64,000 nt of DNA from Candidatus Parcubacteria bacterium (GTDB lineage: Bacteria; Patescibacteriota; Minisyncoccia; JACPXH01): positions 1,711 through 65,710 of the forward strand of contig JACPXH010000004.1 of NCBI GenBank assembly GCA_016196625.1, written 5' to 3'. The first letter of the stretch is position 1. Each line of letters starts with the position of its first letter. Made by a program: the position numbers and the translations under genes. Under the pieces are notes generated by a model, which searched no databases, was not told the origin of the DNA, and saw only the letters and a list, made by a program, of their open reading frames with translations. This document shows positions 40,139 to 49,547 of this stretch, in pieces.

Positions 40139-41113
40139 TCAATCCGCGAGCGCCTCGCGGCAGAACATTGATGCTGGCGTATATGTCTGGCAATCAGCTT
40201 GAAGCTCCCGGACTGATTTGGCGAACGTTCCCTGTAGGTAACTCGCGGCCACCGAAAAACAGTGGGCGCGGTCGGCGGCCGCGCTGACCGCCTCGCAAAA
40301 CGGAAAAGCATACCGGCCGTCCCATGTGTTGTCCGCAAGCGCATAGACCACTCCCCGAATGCAGGCGCGCTGTTCTTCGCCCGTACCGATCGCGCACCGC
40401 TGCGCGACGAACTTTGGGTCCTTGATGCGTGCGTCGTTCGAAAGATCCCGCCCGATTGATTGCATGCAAGCTTGGGCATACTCGCCGGCCTTGCGACACT
40501 CCATAAAAAGATACGCGGTATCGAGCCCCAGCTCGGACATGCGCGAGGTCTGCATCACGTAACAGTCCGGACGGTACTTCGCCCTGAGCTTGCTGCAAGG
40601 ATAGTGCAGATCCGTGGGGCTTACGTCGCGGCGTTCGGGTTCGGCTGCGGCAACTCCACGCAAGAACCGTTCGGTGGCTCCGTGGTAGCAGCCGGAGTGG
40701 CACGTCTGGTTGCAGGCCGCGAACGCAGCCTGAACCGTTCCCTGAATGCGAAACGTCTCGCGGCCGATCGCATGCGCGATCGGGTGGCACGCCAGCCGCA
40801 ACCCTCCATCGGTATCAATATGGGACTTTAGTATGGCCAGCGCTTCGACGGTTGAATGCTGCTTGAGAAAAGCATGAAACACTTCCCCCAAGCACGCATC
40901 TCTGTCGGCAGCTGCCCGGAGGCAATGAAGCAGCGTAGCCCGTGAGAGCGCAACGCTTGCGGCAGACGCTGGCGCTAGAGAACCCGAGCTCAACTGCCCG
41001 GTCCTCGCGGACAAACCAGTTGCCGATAAGTTTTCTACCAAAAACAGGACCGCACCGCCCGCGAGCAACAGAACGATAAGCGCGACAGACTTCGGTAAGG
41101 CATGCTGCACCAT
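40139..41113 (-). CDS. Membrane-anchored Cys/His-rich protein, unknown function
   Basis: N-terminal TM. 20 Cys with recurring C...H spacing (CHPIAHAIG, CHSGCYHG). 324 aa. Confidence 0.45.
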   Translation of the reverse strand: MVQHALPKSVALIVLLLAGGAVLFLVENLSATGLSARTGQLSSGSLAPASAASVALSRATLLHCLRAAADRDACLGEVFHAFLKQHSTVEALAILKSHIDTDGGLRLACHPIAHAIGRETFRIQGTVQAAFAACNQTCHSGCYHGATERFLRGVAAAEPERRDVSPTDLHYPCSKLRAKYRPDCYVMQTSRMSELGLDTAYLFMECRKAGEYAQACMQSIGRDLSNDARIKDPKFVAQRCAIGTGEEQRACIRGVVYALADNTWDGRYAFPFCEAVSAAADRAHCFSVAASYLQGTFAKSVRELQADCQTYTPASMFCREALAD

Positions 41114-41243
41114 GGCGTTGTACGCGGCTCAAAAAGCCGCACCCTCGGTCGGAGATGAAATAGAAAACTGCGCCATGCACCATATTATACCCTACTGTTG
41201 GCGAGGTGTCTTTTGAGGCGTTCTAAAAATACATAGAACCGCT

Positions 41244-42206
41244 TCATTTTTCAGTCTTGATCTGGTTTAACATTTTTTCTATGTTTTTTATGCTGTCGGG
41301 GTCGCTGATGGAGATCGCCATCGCGTGAGAATCTATTTTTTGGAGCGCCGATAATGTTTTCTTAATTTCTTCTGGCGTGGCGAGGTCGCTTTTCGTGAGG
41401 AAAATGCGTTCCGGTTTTTGAAGGAGCGCCTGGTTATACGCGCCTAGTTCCTTGCGAATAACCCGGTAGTCCTTTAGGGGAATGCGGGACTCCGCCGAAA
41501 TAAAATGGAAAAGAATGTGCGTCCGCTCGATGTGGCGGAGAAACTTGATACCCAGCCCTCGACCGCTTGATGATCCCTCAATGAGCCCGGGAATATCCGC
41601 GAGGATAAGTTCGTAGTATGCGCCTAAATTTGGTTCAAGCGTGGTAAATGGATAATTCGCCACCTTGCTTCTGGCATGCGTGAGTGTATTGAGCAAACTT
41701 GATTTGCCGACGTTCGGAAGCCCCACAAAACCGATATCAGCAATGAACTTAAGCTCGAGCCTGAACGCAAAACGTTCTCCCGGCGTACCCGGCTGCACGT
41801 GTGTGGGCGAGGTGTTGCGCGAAGAACGAAACTGGAAATTGCCTTTTCCGCCCAAGCCGCCTTGTGCGAGAAGAACCCGCTCACCGATTTTCTCAACGTT
41901 CATTTCGCTGCCGTTAGTAAGATTGTGGACTACGGCTCCAACGGGAAGCTTCAAGATAAGATCCTCTCCGTCGTGACCGTCGCGGAACTGGCCGCGGCCG
42001 TCCCGGCCATGCTCCGCAGAAAATTCCTTTTTAAAACGGAATTGCCGAAGTGCGCCCAGATCGGAGACGCCTTCGCCATAGACGCTGCCGCCCTTACCTC
42101 CTGACCCCCCGACAGGCCCGAGGCTTTTAAGGTTCGCATTAAACGCCACGGCACCCCTTCCGCCATGGCCAGCGTTTATTTTTATTTCGACGTCATCGAC
42201 AAGCAT
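41244..42206 (-). CDS. obg: GTPase Obg (short form without C-terminal TGS domain)
   Basis: Gly-rich Obg fold N-terminus (GHGGRGAVAF..GGSGGKGG). G1 GLPNVGKSSL, G3 DIPGLIEG, G4 NKSD. Confidence 0.85.
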   Translation of the reverse strand: MLVDDVEIKINAGHGGRGAVAFNANLKSLGPVGGSGGKGGSVYGEGVSDLGALRQFRFKKEFSAEHGRDGRGQFRDGHDGEDLILKLPVGAVVHNLTNGSEMNVEKIGERVLLAQGGLGGKGNFQFRSSRNTSPTHVQPGTPGERFAFRLELKFIADIGFVGLPNVGKSSLLNTLTHARSKVANYPFTTLEPNLGAYYELILADIPGLIEGSSSGRGLGIKFLRHIERTHILFHFISAESRIPLKDYRVIRKELGAYNQALLQKPERIFLTKSDLATPEEIKKTLSALQKIDSHAMAISISDPDSIKNIEKMLNQIKTEK

Positions 42207-42354
42207 TGCTTTTCAATCCTATCAAGCCCCCGCCCGTCCTGAACAAAATCCGACCTGCCCTCCGAAACTTTAGTGAAGGAGGGACTTTTTACCAAATGAA
42301 TCCCGACGACTGAAGCCGCGCCGCCGCTCGCTTGCGCTCGCTCGCCAAAACGCC

Positions 42355-42600
42355 CTACTTCGGATGCGCCATGAGATCGTGGAGGTGGTAGACGTCGCCC
42401 TCAATGGTAAAATAGAACCGCCAGTCCCGGCTCACCCGCGCCTGCCACAGGTCGCGAGCTTCGTCGTATTTATTGGCTCGGAGCGAGCGGTGACGCAAAT
42501 TCTGGAGGAGGAATGCGAGTTTCCGGTCGAAGGCCCGCTGTATGGCGGCGGGGGCTTCCGCATAGCTACGCCGAAAGCGTTCGCTGTAGAAAACGCGCAT
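42355..42600 (-). CDS. RelE/ParE-family type II toxin
   Basis: 81 aa. FDRKLAFLLQNL...WQARVSRDWRFYFTIEGDVYHL resembles RelE/ParE. Confidence 0.5.
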   Translation of the reverse strand: MRVFYSERFRRSYAEAPAAIQRAFDRKLAFLLQNLRHRSLRANKYDEARDLWQARVSRDWRFYFTIEGDVYHLHDLMAHPK

Positions 42601-42890
42601 CAGGCGATTTTCTTCCTACCCCTTTTCGTCCTCCGCGCACCTTGACGCAGCGACCGAACGGCCGCTTTGGCGGACGAAAATGGCCCGTGGGTACGGCCCC
42701 GCCGGAAGTCCTCGAAGCTCTCGGCGAGACGCTGCTCGATCGCTTTGTCAACGAGGGTCTTGGGCGTGAGCACAAGCTTACCGCGTTCAAGCTCGACTTC
42801 GAGGTAGTCTCCGGGGGTAAGCCCGAGTTCATCGTGGAGCTTCTTGGGGATGACCACCTGGCGGCTCACCCCGATCTTGACGGCCGGCAT
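42600..42890 (-). CDS. AbrB/MazE-family antitoxin
   Basis: VKIGVSRQVVIPKKLHDELGLTPGDYLEVELERGKLVLTP is a SpoVT/AbrB swapped-hairpin domain. Stop overlaps the toxin start (ATGA). Confidence 0.55.
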   Translation of the reverse strand: MPAVKIGVSRQVVIPKKLHDELGLTPGDYLEVELERGKLVLTPKTLVDKAIEQRLAESFEDFRRGRTHGPFSSAKAAVRSLRQGARRTKRGRKKIA

Positions 42891-43011
42891 GGCGCTCCCT
42901 CCGTGGAATTGTATTTTCATATATTTGGATAATCGGGCTTTCGGAGAGAGCCGTCAAGCTCCTCTCGGCATAAAACCGGGCCGTCCCTCGAAGATGTCGC
43001 TCCCTGAGATA

Positions 43012-43083
43012 GCTGCCGGGCAGGGATTCGAACCCCGATTGATGGATCCAGAGTCCATAGTCCTACCGTTAGACGACCCGGCA
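43012..43083 (-). tRNA. tRNA-Gln (anticodon CTG)
   Basis: Minus-strand cloverleaf: GCCGGGT acceptor, anticodon loop CTCTGGA, T-arm GGGGTTCGAATCCCT. Confidence 0.8.
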
Positions 43084-43168
43084 AAACGATTCCTATCATG
43101 ACGTAAAAGTGGCCGGAACACAAGGTAGCCGCGCATAAAAGCGCGGCTACCTTGTCGGATAGAAACCC

Positions 43169-44086
43169 CTACACCTTCAAATACCTCCGGACCGCGATGT
43201 AGCTCGAAAGCGCGCCCAACGCGATACCGACCGCAAGTTCAAGGCCGAGGATAACCCAAAAGTTCTGCTTGAAGTAGGCAAACAGGTTAGTGCCGGTAAG
43301 CAAAAAACCGGAAATCTTGGGTGAGACCGCGCCCACCACGGGGAGTAGGACCGCGGTTGTGGTGAGAGCCGCGATGATGCCGTAGAGAACGCCCGCCACC
43401 AAGAAAGGACCGCGAATAAACCAGTTGGACGCCCCCACCAACCGCATCACGCCAATTTCATCGCGCGCAGTGTAAATCGCAAGCCGAATCGTATTGAAAG
43501 CCACCAGCACCGCCACCGCGGCGAGCACGAACGAAAGGATCGCTCCCGAGCGCCGGATGCCGCCGATGATGCTCGAAAGGCGTCCAATCACCTCGGCGTT
43601 CTGCGAATAGTTGACCTTGTCAATGAGGGGCTTGTACATCTCGCGTTCTAGGAAACCCGCGATTGAAGCAAACTGGTCGGTCTCGCGCGCCTTGATGTTG
43701 AGCGTGGCCTCCAGCGGATTTTCGCCGAGCTCCGCCAACGATTCAAGCAATAGAGGGTTATCCTTGTGGCGTTCCTTGAAAACCGCCAGCGCCTCATCCG
43801 GCGTGACGTACTGAACGGACTTGACCTCGGTGAGCTGCTCCACGTCGCGTCTGACCTTCGCGATTTCATCTTCCGGCGTGCCCTGCTTGAAATACACGCT
43901 GATATCAATGCGATCCTGCAGGTTAAAAATGAGCGATTGCGTAATCACATTCAGCAACAGCAGACTGGTCATGACAAAAATTGTGAGCGCCATCACGCTA
44001 ATGGTGGCGGTAGACAGCCAGCCGTTGCGGACGAACGACTGCAAACCCGATCTGGTTACCCGTTTGATGGTTTCAACTAGAGGCAT
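43169..44086 (-). CDS. ftsX: Cell division permease-like protein FtsX
   Basis: 305 aa, 4 TM. Immediately downstream of ftsE. Confidence 0.8.
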   Translation of the reverse strand: MPLVETIKRVTRSGLQSFVRNGWLSTATISVMALTIFVMTSLLLLNVITQSLIFNLQDRIDISVYFKQGTPEDEIAKVRRDVEQLTEVKSVQYVTPDEALAVFKERHKDNPLLLESLAELGENPLEATLNIKARETDQFASIAGFLEREMYKPLIDKVNYSQNAEVIGRLSSIIGGIRRSGAILSFVLAAVAVLVAFNTIRLAIYTARDEIGVMRLVGASNWFIRGPFLVAGVLYGIIAALTTTAVLLPVVGAVSPKISGFLLTGTNLFAYFKQNFWVILGLELAVGIALGALSSYIAVRRYLKV

Positions 44087-44128
44087 AGCCGCGACCGGTG
44101 AGGTTTCTCGCGTTTAATGTTTGACTTT

Positions 44129-44809
44129 TCACAGGATGTACCTGCCCCGGGCTTCATCCCTGACCACCCGCCCCCGATCAAGGCTCACCACCCGACGCTC
44201 GATCGTGTTGATGATTTCGCGATCGTGCGTGGCCAAAATCACGGTGGTGCCCAAATCGTTAATCTTCATGAGCAGCCGAATGATGTCCCACGTGTTCAAG
44301 GGATCAAGGTTGCCGGTGGGCTCATCAGCCATGATGATATCGGGCCGATGGGCGAGGGCTCGTGCGAGCGCGACCCGCTGCTTTTCTCCACCCGATAGCT
44401 CCCGGGGGAAATTTCCGGCTTTATCCTTGAGGCCAACGAGTTCGAGCACCTTAGGAACGTCCCGCTCAATCTCCTCGTTAGTCGCGGCAGCCACCTCCAT
44501 GGCAAAGGCGACGTTCTCATGGGCGGTACGTTCCGCGAGCAAACGGAAGTCCTGAAACACCGTGCCGATGCGCCGGCGCAGAATGGAAAGTTTGGCCAGC
44601 GGGATCTGGTGGACGTCAATCGAATCAAGGAAAACGCGCCCCGCGCTGGGCTTTTCTTCGGCGATCAGCATCTTGAGCAACGTTGATTTCCCTGCTCCGG
44701 ACTGGCCCACGATTGAGACAAACTCGCCCGGCTGAATTTCCAAACTGACCCCCTCCAGTGCCACCGCGTGCTCGTTATAAATTTTTGAAACGTTGTCGAA
44801 TTTAATCAT
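44129..44809 (-). CDS. ftsE: Cell division ATP-binding protein FtsE
   Basis: Walker A GQSGAGKST, ABC signature LSGGEKQRVALARAL, Walker B IIMADEPTGNLD. Confidence 0.85.
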   Translation of the reverse strand: MIKFDNVSKIYNEHAVALEGVSLEIQPGEFVSIVGQSGAGKSTLLKMLIAEEKPSAGRVFLDSIDVHQIPLAKLSILRRRIGTVFQDFRLLAERTAHENVAFAMEVAAATNEEIERDVPKVLELVGLKDKAGNFPRELSGGEKQRVALARALAHRPDIIMADEPTGNLDPLNTWDIIRLLMKINDLGTTVILATHDREIINTIERRVVSLDRGRVVRDEARGRYIL

Positions 44810-45989
44810 CGCTAATCTGTTTTACCCGCCGCTCCACATCATACCGGGCTGCATCATCGCTCCGAAGCTCCGCCTCAATGAATTCGTCCAGTTCGCCGTC
44901 GAGCACATCCTGCACCCGAGGGGTCTCAACGTTCGTGCGCAGATCCTTAACCATTTTGTAGGGGTGGAGCACGTAAGAGCGAATCTGATGGCCCCACTCA
45001 ATTTTGACGCGCTTGCCTTTGAGTTTGGCGAGCTCCTGCGTTTTCTCCTGCTGCATCAGTTGGAAGAGCTTGGCTCGCAGCATGGCCATGGCCCGCTCGC
45101 GGTTGGAGGACTGCTGGCGTTCTTCTTGGGAGGCCACCACGATGCCGGTGGGCACGTGCGTAATGCGAACCGCGGTTTCCCGCTTATTTACGTTCTGCCC
45201 GCCGGGGCCGGATGAACGAAAAAGATCAACTGCAAGCTCGTCGGGTTTAATGGAAATGTCCGATTCACCCTCGGCAAAGACCGGCAGGACCTCAACCATG
45301 GCGAAGGATGTGTGCCGGAGCTTGTTGGGTGAGAAGGGAGAAATTCTAACGAGCCGATGGACGCCATTCTCGCCTTTGAGGTAGCCGTAAACGTATCTGC
45401 CCTCAACGTGGAAAGTTACGCTCTTGATGCCCTGCTCTTCGCCCCGCGACTCGGCAAGTTTTATCACCTTCCAGCCGCGCTCTTCGGCGTAGCGCGAGTA
45501 CATACGCGCGAGCATCTCGGCCCAGTCTTGAGCATCCACTCCGCCCGCGCCAGCGTACAAAGACAGCAGCGCTGCGTTCCGGTCATACGGCCCCGCGAGG
45601 AGCGCCTGCAGCTCTGCCTTCCGGAAGCGCCGCTCTATATCTTGCACCCGCGTTTCCCACTCTGTTTTAAGACCGGCAAATTCCGGATCGTCCAGATTGC
45701 CGTGGGTGCCGTCCAGCTCGGCGAGCGCCTGCCAGTCTTTGCGCAGAGCTTCAACCTCGGACGCAAACCCGTCCCACCGGGCCACCTCTTCTTTAATTTC
45801 CCTCAAACGTTGCTGGGTCTTTTGGGCCTCATCCGCGTTCTCCCAGAAGTCCGGCCGGCTCGTCTCCTGTTCGAGCTCGGCGATCTCGGTTTTTAGCTTG
45901 GGAACGTCAAAGACGGTCCGCCGTCTGGCGGATTTGAGCAGCAAGGCGATCGAGTCTTCCGGCCGGGTTTTCCATAACCCATCCATGGT
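44802..45989 (-). CDS. prfB: Peptide chain release factor 2
   Basis: SPF, GGQHVN (GGQ motif) and RF2-type N-terminus. Intact single ORF from MDGLWKTRPEDS; no programmed frameshift site. The ORF track extends upstream through non-coding sequence. Confidence 0.85.
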   Translation of the reverse strand, partial: TMDGLWKTRPEDSIALLLKSARRRTVFDVPKLKTEIAELEQETSRPDFWENADEAQKTQQRLREIKEEVARWDGFASEVEALRKDWQALAELDGTHGNLDDPEFAGLKTEWETRVQDIERRFRKAELQALLAGPYDRNAALLSLYAGAGGVDAQDWAEMLARMYSRYAEERGWKVIKLAESRGEEQGIKSVTFHVEGRYVYGYLKGENGVHRLVRISPFSPNKLRHTSFAMVEVLPVFAEGESDISIKPDELAVDLFRSSGPGGQNVNKRETAVRITHVPTGIVVASQEERQQSSNRERAMAMLRAKLFQLMQQEKTQELAKLKGKRVKIEWGHQIRSYVLHPYKMVKDLRTNVETPRVQDVLDGELDEFIEAELRSDDAARYDVERRVKQISDD

Positions 45990-46006
45990 ATCACACCCGG
46001 CTGGGG

Positions 46007-46160
46007 AAACGAAAGGGAGCCACCTCCCGGATTCGAACCCCGCACCAATTCCGAAGAGAAGAAGCCTCGGGCGGATGACGCGAGGCTCGGTATCGCCTCG
46101 GCTCACTTCAACCCTAATGAACGTATGCGGAAAGAATTGGTGCGGGGCGGGGACCTTCAC
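46007..46160. ncRNA. Structured RNA candidate between tRNA-Thr and prfB (prfB leader or SRP-like element; identity unresolved)
   Basis: Perfect 14-bp inverted repeat ccccgcaccaattc (46035-46048) / gaattggtgcgggg (46131-46144) enclosing 82 nt with three mutually exclusive GCCTCG/CGAGGC pairings. T-loop-like ggattcgaacc at 46023-46033. Segments TCCGAAGAGAAGAAGCC...GGCGGATGACGCG resemble E. coli 4.5S RNA domain IV, but the fold does not fit. Confidence 0.3.
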
Positions 46161-46173
46161 GGCATTTATCCCG

Positions 46174-46248
46174 CACTTTTTCTGGAGCCGGAGGCGAGAT
46201 TCGAACTCGCGACTTGCTGTTTACGAAACAGCTACTCTACCGCTGAGT
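46174..46248 (-). tRNA. tRNA-Thr (anticodon CGT) with encoded CCA
   Basis: Minus-strand cloverleaf: GCCGGAG acceptor, D-arm ACTCAGCGGTAGAGT, anticodon loop TTCGTAA, T-arm GCGAGTTCGAATCTCGC, CCA. Confidence 0.85.
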
Positions 46249-46412
46249 TACTCCGGCATCCGTAATAAACCAACGGCCTTCTTGAGCTCTTTTGCTTGCT
46301 ACTCGATCCTTTCTACCATTCCCCCTGTTCAACCCGGCGTATGTAAAGGTGGCCAAGAACAGACGCACAGCGTAACAGCACTCACCCGAATATTCAACTT
46401 CGCCGGCGACGA

Positions 46413-47258
46413 TCACGCGCCATAGACGACCACGGCCGTAGCCACGTCTGCCCAGTCGTAAATTTTCTTGTCTGCGCCCGGCGCCATGCGGATGCAGCCA
46501 CCCGAGTACTGCGTGACGACGGCTTTGCCATTGGGATAGTACGGAATGGCGTGGAGATAATACGGCCCGTAAAACTGCAGGCTCAACGGCATCCACACGC
46601 GCGAGATGTTCGAAAAAATGGTACCTCGCTTTTTGAGAATTTTGAAGCGACCGGTGGGCGTTGGAGTTTTGTCCGGGTTGCCCTTGCCGGAAGCTTCGAA
46701 CACGCCCCTGCGCTGACCGTTGTCGAAAAGCTGAATCACCATCGTACTTAAATTGATTTCAATGGCTTTGCCGACGGACGTGCGCGGCCCGTCGAGACCA
46801 ACGCGCTCACCGTTCGCCTTCTGGAAGAATGCTATCTCGCTCGTAGGGAGCATGGGTGACGCCTCTCGCGCGGGCTCAACCGAACGGGCGGCGACCGGTG
46901 CCGCAGGAATCTCAGCGCTCGAACTTGCCTCGGGCACGAGACGCGCCATGAGCGACCCCGGTCCGGGCCAAACAAATCGGTAGCGCTGGCCAGGCTCGAA
47001 TGGACGCGCGGGCCGGAAGTGCAGCTCGCGCACATCGTCAAACCACATGGCCTCTCCCGAGACCGGCGGGACGAGACGAAAGTTGCGCACGGCCTCATCG
47101 CGGCTGACCGAAGGAGGAAAAGTTGCCACCAAGGCCTCGCCCATCTCAGCGCTCAGACGGTATTCGAGCTGTGGCTGGGACGGCACGGCGAGCGCCTCAA
47201 AGCCAATGGTCAAGACAACCCCTGCGGCTAAGGCAAAAAGAACAATGTGTCGGGCCAT
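46413..47258 (-). CDS. L,D-transpeptidase (YkuD domain)
   Basis: C-terminal HAIPYYPNGKAVVTQYSGGCIRM catalytic His/Cys motif. N-terminal TM/signal. Confidence 0.75.
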   Translation of the reverse strand: MARHIVLFALAAGVVLTIGFEALAVPSQPQLEYRLSAEMGEALVATFPPSVSRDEAVRNFRLVPPVSGEAMWFDDVRELHFRPARPFEPGQRYRFVWPGPGSLMARLVPEASSSAEIPAAPVAARSVEPAREASPMLPTSEIAFFQKANGERVGLDGPRTSVGKAIEINLSTMVIQLFDNGQRRGVFEASGKGNPDKTPTPTGRFKILKKRGTIFSNISRVWMPLSLQFYGPYYLHAIPYYPNGKAVVTQYSGGCIRMAPGADKKIYDWADVATAVVVYGA

Positions 47259-47392
47259 GGTGCTCGGGTTAAAACTGCTGCTGTAGGCAGCGGTCGTGGC
47301 GCGTTGCGAATTCGTGACGCGCGATGCGGTTTGTGATAATGTAAAGTACGCTTGACATACTGATCTCTAATTTCTATACTGTAACATATCAG

Positions 47393-47677
47393 GTGTATGC
47401 TATGAAAGAATTCATTGAGAATCAAGTTTACGAATTGCGAATAAAGTCCGGCATTACGCAGGAAGCGTTGGCGGGGGCAGTTGGCGTCACTCGCCAAACC
47501 ATTATTGCAATTGAAAAAGGAAATTATACACCTTCGGTAATTTTAGCTTTGAAAATTGCCAAATTTTTTTCCGCTAAAGGCGGATCCGCCTCCAGCGGAA
47601 AGAAATCCATCTCCGTAGAAGAAATTTTCTCTATCAAGTATGACCCCTCGATAAAAACTCGGGGTCATGGTGATTAA
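47393..47677 (+). CDS. XRE-family (Cro/C1-type HTH) transcriptional regulator
   Basis: [43 protein letters not shown]. Low-GC region. Confidence 0.7.
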   Translation: MYAMKEFIENQVYELRIKSGITQEALAGAVGVTRQTIIAIEKGNYTPSVILALKIAKFFSAKGGSASSGKKSISVEEIFSIKYDPSIKTRGHGD

Positions 47678-47686
47678 GATCGAACC

Positions 47687-48052
47687 ATGAAAAATAATCT
47701 CATTCAGGAAATCGCTATTTCCCTCGTTCTTATTATTTTGCTCGTGTTGTTTTTAAATCCATTCGGCTTTTGGATGCCGACTACGCTCTTAATGATGATG
47801 GTGCTTGGTCTGGTCGTTGTATTCGTCGTGTTCGCGAGTTTTGTCTGGAAAGAAAACACCAGAGATGAACGGGAAAGTCTTCATAAAATGATGGCGGGTC
47901 GAATTGCCTTTCTTGCCGGCACGGCTCTATTGGTAATCGGCATCATCGTCCAAAGCTTCAAACATGAACTTGATTACTGGCTCGTATTTACTCTTGGTAC
48001 CATGATTCTGGCAAAAATTATCGGGCTTACATATGGTCGAATTAAATATTAA
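47687..48052 (+). CDS. Small membrane protein partnered with the XRE regulator
   Basis: 121 aa, three hydrophobic helices, low GC. Confidence 0.45.
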   Translation: MKNNLIQEIAISLVLIILLVLFLNPFGFWMPTTLLMMMVLGLVVVFVVFASFVWKENTRDERESLHKMMAGRIAFLAGTALLVIGIIVQSFKHELDYWLVFTLGTMILAKIIGLTYGRIKY

Positions 48053-48089
48053 CGCACAAGGGTTCAAAACCATAACAATCAATAAATAT

Positions 48090-48812
48090 ATGACAAACAA
48101 TAACTCACAACCCATTCGACAAGCTCAGAGTGAAAAAAGTTTTGCGATGCCTCTCGTTATCGCAATAATTGCTCTTGTGGTGGTGATTGTGGGAGTCGGC
48201 TATTACGCTACTCGGAAACAACCGCAAACAGCGCAATCGCCAGCGAGTGAAAAGACGTTAGAGGACGGCACCGTAGTGAAAGCTGATGGCACCATGATCA
48301 AACCTGACGGGACGATGGTAAAACCGGACGGCACAATGATTAAGCCAGATGGAACTATGGTTAAACCAGATGGAACGATGGAAAAGAAAGAGGGAGAGAC
48401 CATGGTGAAAAAAGAAGGTGGAGCGATGATGGCAAAGTACACGGGAACAGTTCTGGCCGGCGAGTCTGCACCTCTTCTTGATTTTACGAAAGCAGATTAT
48501 GACACGGCCGTGAAATCGGACGCGTTAGTTGTCCTTTACTTCTATGCCAACTGGTGCCCGATCTGCAAGGCAGAATTTCCAGTAATGCAGAGGGTATTTA
48601 ATGAACTCTCGACGAATAAAGTAATCGGCTTTCGAGTGAATTACAATGACGACCAAACAGACAATGACGAACAGAACCTGGCCAAACAATTCGGGGTTGC
48701 ATACCAGCACACAAAAGTGTTCGTCAAAAACGGCCAAAGAATTCTCAAGTCGCCTGAAGGTTGGGACGAAACGCGCTACGACACGGAGATTAACAAGGCC
48801 TTAACTCAATAA
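48090..48812 (+). CDS. Membrane-anchored thioredoxin-fold protein with tandem heptapeptide repeats
   Basis: TM helix MPLVIAIIALVVVIVGVGYYA. Five to six KPDGTM(I/V) repeats encoded by a 21-bp tandem DNA repeat (48285-48400). Thioredoxin motif LYFYANWCPICKAEFP. Confidence 0.6.
   Translation: MTNNNSQPIRQAQSEKSFAMPLVIAIIALVVVIVGVGYYATRKQPQTAQSPASEKTLEDGTVVKADGTMIKPDGTMVKPDGTMIKPDGTMVKPDGTMEKKEGETMVKKEGGAMMAKYTGTVLAGESAPLLDFTKADYDTAVKSDALVVLYFYANWCPICKAEFPVMQRVFNELSTNKVIGFRVNYNDDQTDNDEQNLAKQFGVAYQHTKVFVKNGQRILKSPEGWDETRYDTEINKALTQ
48285..48400 (+). repeat. 21-bp in-frame tandem repeat (about 5.5 copies)
   Basis: gatggcaccatgatcaaacct / gacgggacgatggtaaaaccg / gacggcacaatgattaagcca / gatggaactatggttaaacca / gatggaacgatggaaaag. 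Confidence 0.7.
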
Positions 48813-48815
48813 TAT

Positions 48816-49547
48816 ATGACAGAAAGTCTTCTTATCGGGGCATTTTTAGGGGGACTCGTTTCTTTCCTTGCTCCCTGTGTGCTCCCAATAATTCCCGGCT
48901 TTCTTGCCTACCTTGCGGGATCAAGCACTGCAGAAACGGATTCCACAAGCTCACCGCAGGCGGGTCCAAAGCGCAAAGAAATATTTATTAACAGTGTTTT
49001 CTTTGTGCTTGGCTTTGGAGTCGTCTTTGCACTTCTCGGAGTGTTATTGAATACACTCCTTGAAGGAATTGCATATGATGTACAAACCTGGCTCTCGCGT
49101 ATTGGCGGAGTAATGATCATCTTTTTCGGCCTCTACCTAGTAGGACTTATCAGGATTCCTTTTTTAGAGAAGGAATATAAATTTGGAGTGAAGACAAAGT
49201 TCAAATCCCGCTATGCCACATCCTTCCTCTTTGGTTTAGCATTTGCCGCCGGCTGGACACCATGTGTCGGCCCGGCATTAGGGGTTATTCTTGGTCTCGC
49301 GACAACACAACCGGGGTCAGCATTTATTCTCCTCCTAACCTATGCACTAGGACTGGGTATTCCGTTTCTTATCGTTGGCGCTTTTACCGGCCAAGCTGCA
49401 GAGTTTATCAATCGCCATGCGGTGGGGCTCAAATATCTCAACATTGTTTTTGGAGTCATTCTTCTCGCTCTCGGTGTTCTTATTTTCACCCAAAAACTTT
49501 CTCTCATTGCCAACTTCAGTCTTCTCAATAAGATATTGCTCAAATAA
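48816..49547 (+). CDS. ccdA: Cytochrome c biogenesis/thiol-disulfide transporter CcdA/DsbD-like membrane protein
   Basis: Two conserved Cys in TM helices (LAPCVLP, GWTPCVGP). 6 TM helices. Confidence 0.7.
   Translation: MTESLLIGAFLGGLVSFLAPCVLPIIPGFLAYLAGSSTAETDSTSSPQAGPKRKEIFINSVFFVLGFGVVFALLGVLLNTLLEGIAYDVQTWLSRIGGVMIIFFGLYLVGLIRIPFLEKEYKFGVKTKFKSRYATSFLFGLAFAAGWTPCVGPALGVILGLATTQPGSAFILLLTYALGLGIPFLIVGAFTGQAAEFINRHAVGLKYLNIVFGVILLALGVLIFTQKLSLIANFSLLNKILLK

Noticed and set aside
46060-46090. T-box riboswitch upstream of prfB
   Set aside because: Only a partial AUUAGGGU resemblance. It lacks the UGGNACC antiterminator core, and prfB is not an expected T-box target.
44802-46160. prfB programmed +1 frameshift and a 452-aa extended RF2
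   Set aside because: The RF2 reading frame is continuous from MDGLWKT with no CUU UGA shift site. The upstream 57 codons of the track ORF run through a structured non-coding region and are not part of the protein.
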